A DNA stretch of 62,100 nucleotides, filler included, from 14 parts of 14 records of this genome joined end to end with filler, not necessarily neighbours in it; one strand, 5' to 3'. Counted from the whole stretch's first letter, positions 1 through 13,306 are shown. Notes: a model not told the origin generated them from the letters alone. Made by a program: numbers and translations.

Positions 1-264
1 AGTAGTTTTCATAGTGGAACAAAATTACTGCTATGTATATAAAATTGTATCTGTCTAAGGAATACTCTATTATTTAGATGACTTCTTACATACTAGGAAT
101 AATAGCTAAATATGGATATTTAAAATTTGCTATTTGGGACGAATGTGCTATTAATATAATATACTATACGATATGATGCATCAACATTATACTATACGAT
201 ATGATGCATTACATGTAATGCGATGGTTATTTGTTTGCTGGGGAACTCCTGATCTTTTAGCTGG

Positions 265-3200
265 ATGTCTATGATCGATCAATATATATCGGCAATGGAA
301 GGAATGCAAATGACGATTGGCAATACTACTTTAGCAAACACAATGAAGCTTAACATACTATTTGCACAAAACTACCTAACTTATATAGAAAAAATGATCG
401 AGAAATTAATTGCAACAAATGGAGACATTTTACAACTCTTCAATGAAACCAAATACTTTGCTGAAATGATACAACTTGTGGAATCCCCTCAAAGTTACCT
501 TGCAGCTGCAATATATAACATCTTGAACCCGAATTTTATGAAATACTTTGCTTCTCAATGGGAAAGTCCTTTATCTTCTTTATGCAGCAATGATACTGTG
601 TGGGATGCTTACATTGATTTACCAGTGCAATTTGGTTTGCCCCCATCACATAAAGTGCAAAATATTGTTTGCACTTTACTGAATTTTAACAATAGCGAAT
701 TCCAGAGTTACCAATCGAATAATTTCTTTTCTGATGTCATGAATGGCACTGACGTTGCAAATGCAAGTTTAGTTCAATTGACGTTGATGGCTCAAAGGCT
801 TTTTAATAATGAGACAATGTCAAATTTGAAAGATGCAATGCATATGGGCTGGAATACTAGTCTTGAGACAATAGCAAGAGTTTTTGATGAAAGTCGTTGG
901 AAGAAGGCTTTTGATGTTCTCGTTGATATGGTATTAGAAAACTATGGGTCAGCAGCAATGGAATATAGTATTGGAACCAATATCATGGCTAAAACATCAA
1001 GTCTGTCCAGTTATGGACTTGGGATTATTACTAATGCTTCCGAAAGCTTCAATTTCTCAGCATTTTTAATTACACTAAAGGGGTAGTTACTATCATTTTT
1101 TATATAGATAATGTCTTTTTCATTAACAGTAGATGGCGGCATTGTCAAGCTAAGTTGGCACCTATCTCTTTTTGACAGTCGGCGCCATCTTGAATTATGA
1201 TAGAGCCATCTATGTTCAATCTAACAGATGTCGTTTTTAGCTTTACACCTAGTCTTGATAGCTTTATCTTTGCAACGGAACAAATGGCCGAAAAGACAAA
1301 TAGTACAATCTTAACAAACTGGATCAAATACTTAAAAACTTACCTGGTATTTTATCAGAAATATATCGAAACCTACGACAGTTTACTTCAGTTGCTATCA
1401 CCAAGAAATGGAAGCATTTTTGACTGGTACTACGAAGTTAAATTTGTTCGAGAATTTGCCCAAGTTATGGAAGCTCCACAAAATTACTTCGCAGCTGCTT
1501 TATACAACATTTTCAATAAAAAATTGGCACACGCATTACTTACCAAAGGACAGGAGTTGGTGACATCTTTATGTTATAACGAAACGGTTTGGAGTTCCTA
1601 CATTGAATTGCCTGAGGCATTTGAATTACCACCATCAGATGAAGTGCAAAACATATTCTGCACACTGATTAGCTTTAATGTTACAGAATATAACATGGAA
1701 ATAATGAACAGCGATGTGTTTATTAGTGTAATGCAGGTAATTGTATTATTCAACAATATTGTAATACAGAAATAAGTTCCTTCATTTAGCTGACAGACTA
1801 TAATGAAACGTATCATGAAATAACAAACTCAGACATCTCAAATGCTTCTTTTGCAAAATTGATGTCACTTGGTGAAAAGTTTTTAACGGAAACTTTGCCA
1901 AATTTTCAAACTATCTTACAGTCCAGCTTAAATAACAGTTTAGCCCAAATGACAGAAACATTCAGCCGAACAGTCTGGCATAAGTCTTTCAAATTGTTAG
2001 AGGACTTGGTTCTAGAAAAGCTTGGATTTACAATGAATAATGGTTCTATTGCAGTCATTCCTCGCATAGGTTGTATATAGTTTTACAGAAGACTGCTAGT
2101 GACATCTACTATTAATTGAAACATATTTAGATGACGAAATGCAATATTCTACAAGACCTGTCAATGAAACTATGAACATCAGTTCAGTTAATGTAACAGC
2201 TACTTCCGTTCTGAATTTTATATCAGAATACATGAGCTTGTTGGCAAAAAAATTGGACGAATTGGTTTCTCCTGATAATAACTTGAATTTTAAAGCATAC
2301 TTGCCAAAGACAGAAGACATTTCACGTTTACTAAGTCATGTTACATCAGAATATTTCCCAGCGGAACTTCTCTTCATGCAAACTAATTTTAATGCTGTAT
2401 GATTATTATAATAATCATTTATACTTGCTACAACCATAGTGCAAAAATTTGCATGGCGCCATCTATTACCATGTTCATTTATGTGTATTTCAATGGTTTT
2501 AGGGATTTTTTCAGGAAAAGTAATGTTTTTTTGCACTATGGTTACAATTGACAAGCAACTAATGTGTTTGATTTTAGTACATGAAGCTGGTCTTTTCCGA
2601 AAATATGATCTCATCTTTCACAGATGGCGAATTTGAACAATGCTTTAATAATACTCCATACGTTAATGTGTCAGTGTTGCAAGATATGATGTTCCAATCA
2701 ATGAACTCAGGTGAAAGTTTGATGAAAAATGTCATGAAAGTTTCAACACTGTTTAACTACTTACCATCAGAGGTATATGATATATAGGTATGTATAACAG
2801 ATGTCGCATCTACAGGAATTTTTAGCTGTTGTATTCTTCTGCTAATCTCACTGTTGAAGGTCTTCTCGAGAGTACATACGATTCCACTTACGACGCTATT
2901 GGTTACCTTTTGAAATTAATATCAGTAATTCAACATATTAATCAAACTGAAATACTACAGATGGTGAAAAAGGATGTCGTTTCATGGCATAATGAAAGTT
3001 TTCAAATTCTAACCAATACTTTAACAGATGAGAACATGGGGTAAGTTAGTGTATTATGTAATGGCATGACAATATTATATAATGTTTATTTTTGCAGTGT
3101 TGGACTATGTAATTCATTTGACGCATTATACTTTCAAAACCCGACATTTAAGATATTAAAAGATGTTTTGGCATCAGCTGAAGAAGTATTTGGCACATTT

Positions 3201-6200
3201 GCTGATACGGTCCATACTTCAAGAGAATTTAGCGAATTTATCTGTTCATTAGATGAACATACAATTGGTTCTGCCATAAGATTTATAACCGACAGATTAT
3301 ATTTTGTTGAAACAACAAAAAAGGTATCTTATTATTAAAGCAAATTACAACATTTACTTTTAGCGCCATCTGTTTCTGGAATCAAGTTTTCAAATCTAAA
3401 TACAATTTTTTTCGTAGAGACATCTGTATTCTTCAATAACACCATCTTTATTTTGCGTCATTAACTTGTATGAAATTGAAGGCTAATTTTTAATATTAAA
3501 CTTAAACGTCTTCAACGGCGCCATCTTTTGTTATGTTATCTTTTTGAAATTAGTAATTTTCAATGTTTTAGTGGTATGGTTATTTCAAAAACCCTCAAAC
3601 AGTGAAATCAAACGGCCTTACTTGTAACCAACTGAACACAAATACGCGAAGAACTTACCAGGAGCTGTTAGAAACAATCGAATACCACAAAGACACAAAC
3701 TTCACTCAATGTGTAGAAAATATTCCCAATTCAAAGCTATTCCTGCAAATCCGTTCTCTTTTGCAATTGATGACTGCATTGAGCGATCTACTTCAACAGA
3801 ATGAGACAATTGCATCACTAGCTGACATGAGAGAACTAATGTGGCAACTTCAGCCTATTTTGGAAGATGTTTTAAGTGTCAATATATGTATGACTTAATA
3901 ATAAGTTATTAATTTAAATGACTCATACTAGTTAATGGGTATTATAGTCTGGAAGCCTATCGATAAATTTTTCAAGAAAAACAGTAGTTATTCTGAAATT
4001 TTTGGAGTTGACGAAGCATTCGCCAACGCAATAACATCAAATGCGTATCTGGACTGGAAAACTATTTCAAGTAGATTTAATGTCTCTGCTACAATTGATC
4101 ATGATGAAATACATCGAGCTGAGTCAAAAGATATCATCGAAGAAATACTCTGTGTTGAAGGCATCATGTCGCAGATTTTAAGATACTCAGTTCCATCAAG
4201 GGTGTCATATGATGAAATAGTTCAAAGATTATGTCGAAACGCTCCTGTAGTTTCCGAAAGAATTCTAGATCATGCTGATGTGACGACTATATTAGAACTG
4301 GTATTATTAGGTCATTATAGTTCTGAGGTATAAATATTATTAAGGTTGAATTTTAGAGTATAGATCCATCCCAGTTGGGACCCCTTCTTAAAGCGTCGAG
4401 AAATCTTCAAGCTGTATTAAACATTACCAAAAGCTTGAATGATTTATTTGAAGGAGTTGGTATTATCAAAGATTTGATTAGAATGACAGAGTTCTTTAAG
4501 AACATGCTTGATGGTAACTTTGATTGGGCTAAGACAAGAGCTGGCTTTATGGTTATGGTAGAGTTCATAAACTATGGTGGTTCAGAGAAATTGTTCAATT
4601 CAGTCACATCAGTCATTGATAACATGAAGGTATTGTTCAATGGAGAGGAGGTACCAATCATTGAGCAAGTTTTTGACAAAATGAGGCTATTTGTTAATGG
4701 TGTTAGAGGATTCAGGATCTTTACTGATTTTATTTCACAGCTGGACCTAGGATGTAGGCTACTCATATGTTTATATTGTACAATGCTACTGTAATTAGAA
4801 TATTAGTAGAGTATTTCTATTAATATGTTGGTATGCTATAGTATTCTATGTCATTATTATACCATATTGTAGTACACTGATGTATATTGCTATACTATAG
4901 TTATGCTAATATAATAAACTACAATATACTAAATATATTGCAGTTTATTATATGAGCATAACTATAGCATAATAATATACATCAGTGCACTACAATATGA
5001 TATAATAATGTAGTACACTGATGTATATTATTATGCTATAGTTTTGCTGATATAATAAACTGCAATATATTAAATATACTATAATATTAGACAATAATCT
5101 GTAATATACTGCAATATGTTCTTCAATATACCCTCTTATATACTGTAATATTTTGTATCATCATTACTATACTATAGTATAATATTGTATATATTGTTAT
5201 ACTATTATTTGCATGCTATCTTATATTAACACTATGATGTCACCATATACTATACTATTAAATAACAATCTGTAACTCTATTATATGTTATGATATACTA
5301 TGATAAAGTACAATACAATATAATAAAGTACAATATAGTATAGTATAATAGTATATTCTACAATATATTATGTTCAATACATTAGCTATAATACTATAAA
5401 GTCTATTATAGAGTGAAATATGTATATACTATAGACCTTATAATGGAGTGAAAAACTAAATATTATACACCTACTGTGTAACATTTAGTAATGTGCTATG
5501 ATATGATGTACTAATATACTATATAGTACAGGATATAAGCTATATATATACTAATAGCGTAGTTGTTTTTAGTTAAATTGGAAGACTTTTTCACTGACAA
5601 ACAACTCTTATATGCATCACTTCAAAATTCAAGTAACATGCCACTAGATATCATGGAAACACTTTTGCAATCCCAAATATTTCTACCAACCTTATTTGAC
5701 ACTCAAGCATTACCAAATGTGCCAGACATGTTCTGCAACTATACAAAGTTGAACAGTTACTTTCTGTTTAGCAGTGATGTTTTACCAACTCAGAGAGAAA
5801 TCATCTCTAATGATGTCTGTGCATTTATAAGACAAAATGAAAACAATGCTACCATAATTGGAGATTTGGTTGAAAAAACTGTTGGTAATATGGATTTGGG
5901 AACAATTATGTCTGCCATCCTCACTCAAAGCTTTGACAATGTTTTGGAAGGAATGGGAATTCAGAAGGAATCCTTTGAGAATTTAATGACTGAAATGAAA
6001 GAAATTTTTCCAAGTTTGCAGAATATGGTATCTATACTACAGTCCATAAATATTGATACAGGTTCCAGCAGTGTTAGAAAAAGAAGTGCTGACGCAATCC
6101 CAATTTCTGAAAATGAAAAAGAAGTTGAGGATGCCAAAGAAACAGTTTCAGCATTGAAAACCTTTGGAAAAATGATGTGTAATAGTGATGAACTATTTTC

Positions 6201-7107
6201 AATTCAGGATGAAAGTAAAATGCTAATATCAACCCTTGTAAGTGGTGGGGAGGGCTTGCCTAAATACGTTAGAGAAGATATTCAAGACATGAAAAATCCA
6301 TATTGCAGAAAACTTTCTGGATTGCTAATGCAAAGTCCAGGAGTTGGTTCAATTATTTGGACATTTTTAAAACCCCTTCTACTGGGTAAAATTATCTATG
6401 CACCTGACAATAACTTGACAAGAGAAATTATTTCAAAATCAAGCACAATTTTCAATGAAATTAAATCAATTGAAGATTTCTCCAATGAATGGAGAAATGG
6501 TGAATCTGATATCAATGAACTTTTTGCAAACAAAGAGTCAATGAAGGAGTTGCAAACAATGTTGAATAATCCACTTATTAAACAATTTTTGGATCAAAGT
6601 GGGCTGGATTTGGGAAGTTTAGCTGACCTGGCTAATTCCATAGCAAACAATGCAGATGCTATTCAGAAAAACATTGCAGAAATTCAAAAGTTGATGGGCA
6701 TATTAGGTGAATATGCATCATGTGTTGAAACAATGGATAGATTTGTCCCAGTTGAAAATGAAGAAAAACTGTTACAGTTGGCAAAAACTTTGAGAACAAA
6801 TAATACCTTCTTGGCTGGAATAATATTTAGCAATGTTCAAGAAGGTGAAAAATTGCCAAGAAATGTTGATTATACCATAAGAATGGATATTGACAGTGTT
6901 CCTAGCACAGAGTTTATACGTGAGCCTTTATATAGACCTGGACCTAAAGATAATTTTGCAGCAGACCTAAGGTACCTAAGAGGATTTGCGCAGCTTCAAG
7001 ATATGGTTGACAGAGCTATCATTGAGTTACAAAGTAATTCTACCATAATACCTGCAGAGCTGCCAAGAGTTTACATTAATCAAATGCCATATCCATGTTA
7101 TAGATTT
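265..7107 (+). CDS. ABCA-subfamily lipid transporter, very large first extracellular domain; multi-exon, partial at both ends
   Basis: Last exon (about 5572-7107) has ABCA ECD1 signatures: WTFLKPLLLGKIIYAPDN, FLAGIIF, YTIRMDID, RYLRGFAQLQDMVDRAII, YINQMPYPCY. About 10 same-strand upstream ORFs are separated by short GT-AG introns and are rich in N-glycosylation sequons and Cys. Joining them to the same gene is inference. Confidence 0.85.
4851..5078. repeat. Direct-inverted-direct triplication of a roughly 65-bp unit in an ABCA intron
   Basis: 4863-4928 matches the reverse complement of 4934-4999, and also matches 5009-5069 (core TGTAGTACACTGATGTATATT...TATAATAAACT). Confidence 0.9.
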
Positions 7108-7207
7108 NNNNNNNNNNNNNNNNNNNNNNNNNNNNNNNNNNNNNNNNNNNNTTAATTAATTAANNNNNNNNNNNNNNNNNNNNNNNNNNNNNNNNNNNNN
7201 NNNNNNN
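7108..7207. other. Artificial contig linker (N-run, TTAATTAATTAA six-frame stop, N-run); first of 13
   Basis: Identical 100-bp linkers at 7108-7207, 9791-9890, 12776-12875, 20944-21043, 23097-23196, 30714-30813, 33265-33364, 35422-35521, 38974-39073, 49049-49148, 51946-52045, 54428-54527 and 59412-59511. Confidence 0.99.
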
Positions 7208-7287
7208 AATAATAATTATTATTATTATTATTATGTATATTAAATTTAATAACACTACTAGTAGTATAAGTCTCATACCTGCTTTAG

Positions 7288-7584
7288 ATTGTAAATTGTG
7301 CCAAACCAGGAGCTGATTCCTCAACTTTATCAGATTCTTTGGAAAAATCAGAAAACCCTGAAGACAAAAAGGTTAAGGCCATGGTCATTTCAGTTGGCTC
7401 AAATGATTATAGACACTACAGAGATCCAAGAAGAGTAGAAGCTGAGATGGTTACCATCATGAAAAAAGCTGGACAATTAGCCGAAAACGTCATAATGGTT
7501 GCTCCATTTGCTAAAGACTTGTGTGATGAAGAAATGGATCACTTGAAGGACTCCCTGAAAGAAGCTGCAAAAGTTGCTAGAAAG
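7288..7584 (+). CDS. Isolated exon encoding an SGNH/GDSL hydrolase-like fragment
   Basis: Flanked by tttag| and |gtac. Translates to IVNCAKPGADS...AMVISVGSNDY, resembling SGNH block II Gly and block III GxND. Confidence 0.55.
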
Positions 7585-8546
7585 GTACACAAATAAAAGC
7601 ATATTTGCTCAATAACTTATTATTATTGCTTAATAATAATATAACACCTTACAAAAAATTTTGGTAAAATTTTTGTACAAGCTAGTGAAGAAGTGACTTT
7701 TTGTCAATTTGAGGTTTCTCGTTTCAAAAAAACACCATTTTTCACCATCAAGTATTGCAAAAATGTTTTCATCAAGATAATTTCTTGTAAAATGGCTTAA
7801 AATTTGAAAAAAATGCATTTTCTGGCATATTTGAATAGCTTTTCTATATCTTTTCCACCAAAATGTGTAATCTATCTTGAATAGATCACGTTGATAGAGT
7901 TATTCCTGCTCTTTTATTAATAAACATGATATTGACCAACCACTAATTTTTGCTGCTGTATTAATAATAATACAGTATTATGATATGGTGATCCTGCACT
8001 TATAAAATCAACTGCAGTTTAGGAAAATATTTCATAGTATGAAATTCATACATTTGAAACAAATTTTCTTCATTTATTAATTTCAAATTATATAAAGTTT
8101 ATATAATAATAATTATTAATAATGATCTTTGCATATAAATGGTGACAAAACCACATAAGATGTGGGTTTTTGGCTATAACAACATAATTATGCTACTACG
8201 AGGCAAAAATATACAGTTAATTATTGTAAGTTGTTCATCAATAATTATTATATAATAATCAGCATAGTGCCAATACAACGGACTTATTATTATATTTATA
8301 ATAACTTGATGCATTTGATCTTGCATTATAATAATTAATTTGCTGAAGTTACTTATTAAAACAATCATTGTTTAATAATAACAATGGCCTTGTTATTTTT
8401 GCACAATATGAGCATATATAACTTGACACAACCACAACCTTATATGCTATCATAACATTCTTATGTGCCTTTGTAACCATCTATTTTCAAAAGCCATTAA
8501 CATTATTCATTATTAATTAAATCATCATACTATTAGTAATTAATAA

Positions 8547-8698
8547 TAATGTTTTCTATTCAAGTGTCTTAATAAGAATGAAAACAGATATTTTCTTCAT
8601 AATCCATATGAAGAAAACATCCTTTATATCAAAATGAATAATGTTTTCTATTCAGGTATCTTAAAATTCAAAAATATCTTCTTCATAATCCATATGAA
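8547..8698. repeat. Degenerate tandem duplication, about 90-bp period
   Basis: AATAATGTTTTCTATTCA[A/G]GT.TCTTAA...TTCTTCATAATCCATATGAA occurs twice. Confidence 0.75.
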
Positions 8699-9890
8699 CA
8701 TTTATGACGTTCATGTGATAAAATAAATACAGAATTACTATCACCTACTATACGTACTATAAGTTAGTAATTACTTATTACTATAATATATTACTATGAG
8801 CAGAGTTTTAGCAAGAGTGCACATGAGTGAGTATGAAGAACTTAAAAGCGTTATCGGTTAGTAATTGCTCCTCAATTTCAAAGTTTTAAATAATTTTTAA
8901 AAGTAACACAGTTCAGATATCAAGTTATCTGGATAATATTATTGATATGGTAAAAATGAAGTTCATTTTTGAAATCAGCATCTTTCAAAGTTTGTAAATG
9001 TTAACTTTTATAAAAGATGTTTGGTACTAATATAATAGCTTATTAAGCTAAACTTGGCTGGACAATTAGATGTAATCTTTTACTGGAAAAGATATAGGGG
9101 TAGCCATTTAATAAATATGTTTACAATGCCAGATTTTTAATTAAATATGTTCAAATATGCCGCATTTATAGCTATTTATAGTTTAAATTCTAAATATACT
9201 CAAAATGCGGTGTTTTTCAAAGTAATAATAATAACGTGCACATGGACATGTAATTGTTAATAAATAACAATGAAGTCACAAGTTGTAACTCACAACTGTA
9301 GGTATCTATATTATCGTTATTATTAAGTTATTAATAATAACAATAACTCATATAAATATATTAGAAACATGCAATTTCAATACAGCATTTCACACTTTGA
9401 AACACTGTATTGAAATTGTATTGGAATTCATAGGTATTGAAATTCACAGGTATTGATAATATAATACTTACAGATCATGATGCTGCAATCAGATAATATT
9501 ATAGATTTAATATAAGTAATGGTATTATTATTGATAATAATTACAATAATATATTATAATTCAGATTTATTATAACTGATGGTATTATTTATATACTTTA
9601 TAATATAATAAATTTGATGTACGATAATATAGTAATTGTATTATTAACTATTATAACTGTTACATAAGCATTTTATAAACTTAAAACTATGTATTTCATG
9701 TTTATTCATTGCTTATTCAGTGGCATCTTGAAGATCCCATCTTCCTCATTAACAAAATCATTCTAATTACAATTATTATCAATAATAATANNNNNNNNNN
9801 NNNNNNNNNNNNNNNNNNNNNNNNNNNNNNNNNNTTAATTAATTAANNNNNNNNNNNNNNNNNNNNNNNNNNNNNNNNNNNNNNNNNNNN

Positions 9891-10540
9891 CATCTTCAAT
9901 TGTTGGAATTATTGATACCAGATTTTTATTATTTAAATAATATTCTTTTGATACTTGAAATGGACATAGAAATGATGCATTTAAACTATCAGCTAAATAT
10001 CCTATGTAAGGGTAGTAACTGGACACAATAACCATTTCCATCTGCAAATCATTTGCACTATTGGTATTACTGATAAGGTGTTTCTTTACTAAAATTAGTA
10101 GTACCAAAATTAGACAAAAAAAAGCCAATCATCATCTTGTAGTAAAAGTAATATAATTACCTAACTTAGTATTCTCAAGTTGGTCAGGAGATAAATTATG
10201 TTCATTAAACTTTGTATATGTAAAAGTACCAAGTTTATCTGATACATCTTCCAAAATAACCTCAATCATTGTCATCAAGTTTTCATTATGATTAATTGAA
10301 ACTAAAGTTGTACAAAAAGCTCATTATTACTTTTTTACCACTACAACAAATTGCAATGTATTCTACAATAAGTAATATTTGTAGTGGTTACATATTTGCT
10401 AAAAATATTAATATTGCATTGTACCATAATATTTTATTAATAATTAATAATAATAACAAAAGTAAACCTATTTCAAGCTGTTTGCTTGAATATTCTTGCA
10501 ATACCAAGATGATCCAACAGAAAACTATTAGTAGCTTCAT
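9891..10540 (-). CDS. Signal-peptide protein, three 5' exons; possible periplasmic-binding-fold (iGluR/IR/ANF-type) N-terminal domain; 3' truncated
   Basis: Phase-compatible GT-AG splicing gives MKLLIVFCWIILVLQEYSSKQLEI-VSINHNENLMTMIEVILEDVSDKLG...-VKKHLIS...LVSIIPTIED up to the contig end. The family assignment is weak. Confidence 0.5.
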
Positions 10541-12011
10541 TTTTTCTTTGATAAATTGGATCTATGAATGATATCCATAATATTATTCAATATTGAATCT
10601 ATCAATTGAATTTAATAAATACTATAAATTGACCAAACTTTAAACCATTATTAAATAATACTTACTTGTTAGGTACTATTTTTTTGTTATTGATAATAAG
10701 TATTCTTATTTTTATTAGATAGGTATTTGTTATTATTATTACTAATAACTACTACTTGTTCAAAATAACTCTAGTTTCTATCATTGGTAGGATTAAAAGA
10801 ATTAAAAGTCAACACATGTTAGGTTACAGTTATTAATAATAAATAAGCAATAAAATGCTCAGTTATTACTATTATTAATAATAATAAATACATTTGATGA
10901 AACTAATCTATTTATGCTAAACAAACCGGCATTTTGTGTGAAATAAAGTCACTACATTAGTACTATATTATATAGACTTATTACTCTATATAAGCTTATA
11001 TAGATCCATTGCTACTTTATACCATCTGTTATATATTGTTATAGTACATGTATGTTTTATATCACATTTCAAAAATGTACAGTAAAAATAGTTTTTTAAC
11101 AAATATTGATGTAATCAATATGTTTGATTTAGACTTATATCTGTAATTATAATTACAATACCTATTTGAAATAATAAGCATAAATTGTTTAAATATATTT
11201 GCAAAATTCACTAATTGTAAGTACAAAGTAATTTATTGGCAAATATTATTTAAGTCATCAATTTATTTTATTTTTGATAGGACAGGTAATAATAATTATC
11301 AACTTTAAGATTATAGTTACATAGCCTATGTAACATGGGTCTACAATGTAAACTCTGCATCTACATGTAGACTGCAGTAACGTAATTACACAACTATCAC
11401 TATTATTATAAAGCATAGTTATTATTAATAACTTCAGTAATTTCATAATTACAAGCAAAAAACAATTATAATAATGCTATCAATTAACATAATATATAGT
11501 GTTTTTCCATCATTTTTACTATTGCTAATAAGCTACTGTAATATTACATTATTATTATACAATGTAAGTTAATGCATTATAAGCTAACAAGCTGAAATTT
11601 AACCCAATATTAGCTAACAAGTTTTAAATTACCAAAAATTCTATAAACATGTTTAACTGAACCATATTTCATAACTTTATATCATAAATTATAAGTATTT
11701 TAATGCAATCACTATTACTAATAGCAAAGAAAAACATATAGCTTATAACAAAGATGCTTATTGTAGCCATCTTTTATGATAGGTATAATAAGATTATTCT
11801 GTAAAAAGCCTAAGTTTGAATAATGGAACACTAAGTCTACAATTATAGTACATAAACATGTGATAACAATGTACCTTTGGAGAACCTGTCATTAATTGAA
11901 TTAATAAAAGTGATGGGATTAGCAAGGCAATAGATCTACCTACCTATTCTATTGTATTTTACAATCAGTAATAACCATTGTACAAGTGTATTTCATCTTA
12001 AGAAACCAATA

Positions 12012-12103
12012 TCAAAATAGTCAGTGAACTGTTTAGATATCACCTTCCAAGTTAGCTGTCAAAATAGTCAGTAAACTGCTCAGGTATCATCTTGCAAGTT
12101 AGC
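12012..12103. repeat. Two-copy tandem repeat, 47-bp period
   Basis: TCAAAATAGTCAGT[G/A]AACTG...CAAGTTAGC occurs twice. Confidence 0.8.
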
Positions 12104-13101
12104 ATAGATAATACAATGCCTTTTATATAGTGTCTATAATATAATTTCTTTTATTTAGTTTTATTAAAGTTCTTATTATTTATTTAATTTGTCTAACAAT
12201 AAGTTTGAATATATTTATAGCATACAAAATGTTTATATATTAACAAGTATACAATATACTATAATAGTAATAATTTATAGTTAATTCCTAATTAATTTGT
12301 AGTTAATTATAAATTACAAAATATTGATATAATTTTAAATACATATTAGTATTTATTTAATATTCAGTTATTATAAAATTATTATAAAATTGAATTATAT
12401 TAAATTATATATTCATACTTTTAATATTTTAATATAGAATTAAGTTTACTTATTTGTCTATTAATAATAATTATTCTATAATAATAATATAGAAATAAAA
12501 GATTAATTTTTCAAAATTATTATATATTAACATAACAATATATTGTTATTAATTAAGCTTTCTTAAAAATTTTAAAGATTTTTTAAAGTGTAATTACAAA
12601 GTATATATTAATAAAATACATTCTTTTATATAAACTAATTTAAATTTCTTTTTTTACTATATAATATACATTTTATACTTTAACTTATTTTTTCTAAAAT
12701 TAGCTTCATGTTTTCTTCTAAGCTAAAAATATTCATTTAATATTATTATATTTTTAATTATAATTAAAAATATAANNNNNNNNNNNNNNNNNNNNNNNNN
12801 NNNNNNNNNNNNNNNNNNNTTAATTAATTAANNNNNNNNNNNNNNNNNNNNNNNNNNNNNNNNNNNNNNNNNNNNAAAAACAACTTTATTATATGTTAGA
12901 TTATTATGTGGTATTGGTGACTAGAAATCAAACAAATAAAGCAAATGAATGGATTATAACGTTTCCATAATTAGCATACTAATTTAGAATTATTGTACTG
13001 AACATTTACTAGGTATTCAAGAATTAACCAATATTTAATTAATATGTAATTAAGTAACATTTACCTACACTCATTATTATTAATAACAATGAAAAAGCTC
13101 T

Positions 13102-13306
13102 TAATTTATGTGGTAAAAACAATATAATTTGTGGGAGAAGGAAAAGGATATCTTGAGACATAAGATCATTAACTAAAGAATAATAATTACAACCAATAAC
13201 CATAATTATTAACTTTGAAAGTCTGCTATATTACTCATAATAATATGATCCAAGATATTCCTTTCCTTCGTCGCATAAAATTCTGTTCCCATTTCCACAC
13301 AAATTA
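13102..13306. mobile_element. Degenerate inverted-repeat (MITE-like) element in a CYP26 intron
   Basis: 13102-13161 (TAATTTATGTGG...GAAGGAAAAGGATATCTTG) resembles the reverse complement of 13245-13306. Confidence 0.55.

Noticed and set aside
6073-6090. VRKRSA as a furin site in the ABCA ectodomain
   Set aside because: It lacks the P4 Arg of R-x-K/R-R, leaving only a basic cluster; insufficient support.
12120-12775. Extremely AT-rich tract as a possible mitochondrial fragment or NUMT
   Set aside because: No recognisable mitochondrial tRNA, rRNA or protein motifs; only compositional similarity.
13232-13305. Minus-strand peptide LCGNGNRILCDEGKEYL resembling a degenerate P450 heme motif, suggesting a CYP26 pseudogene
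   Set aside because: The segment is one arm of an inverted repeat (13102-13306), the FxxGxRxCxG spacing is wrong and the PERF region is absent. The real 3' exons are probably beyond the contig end.
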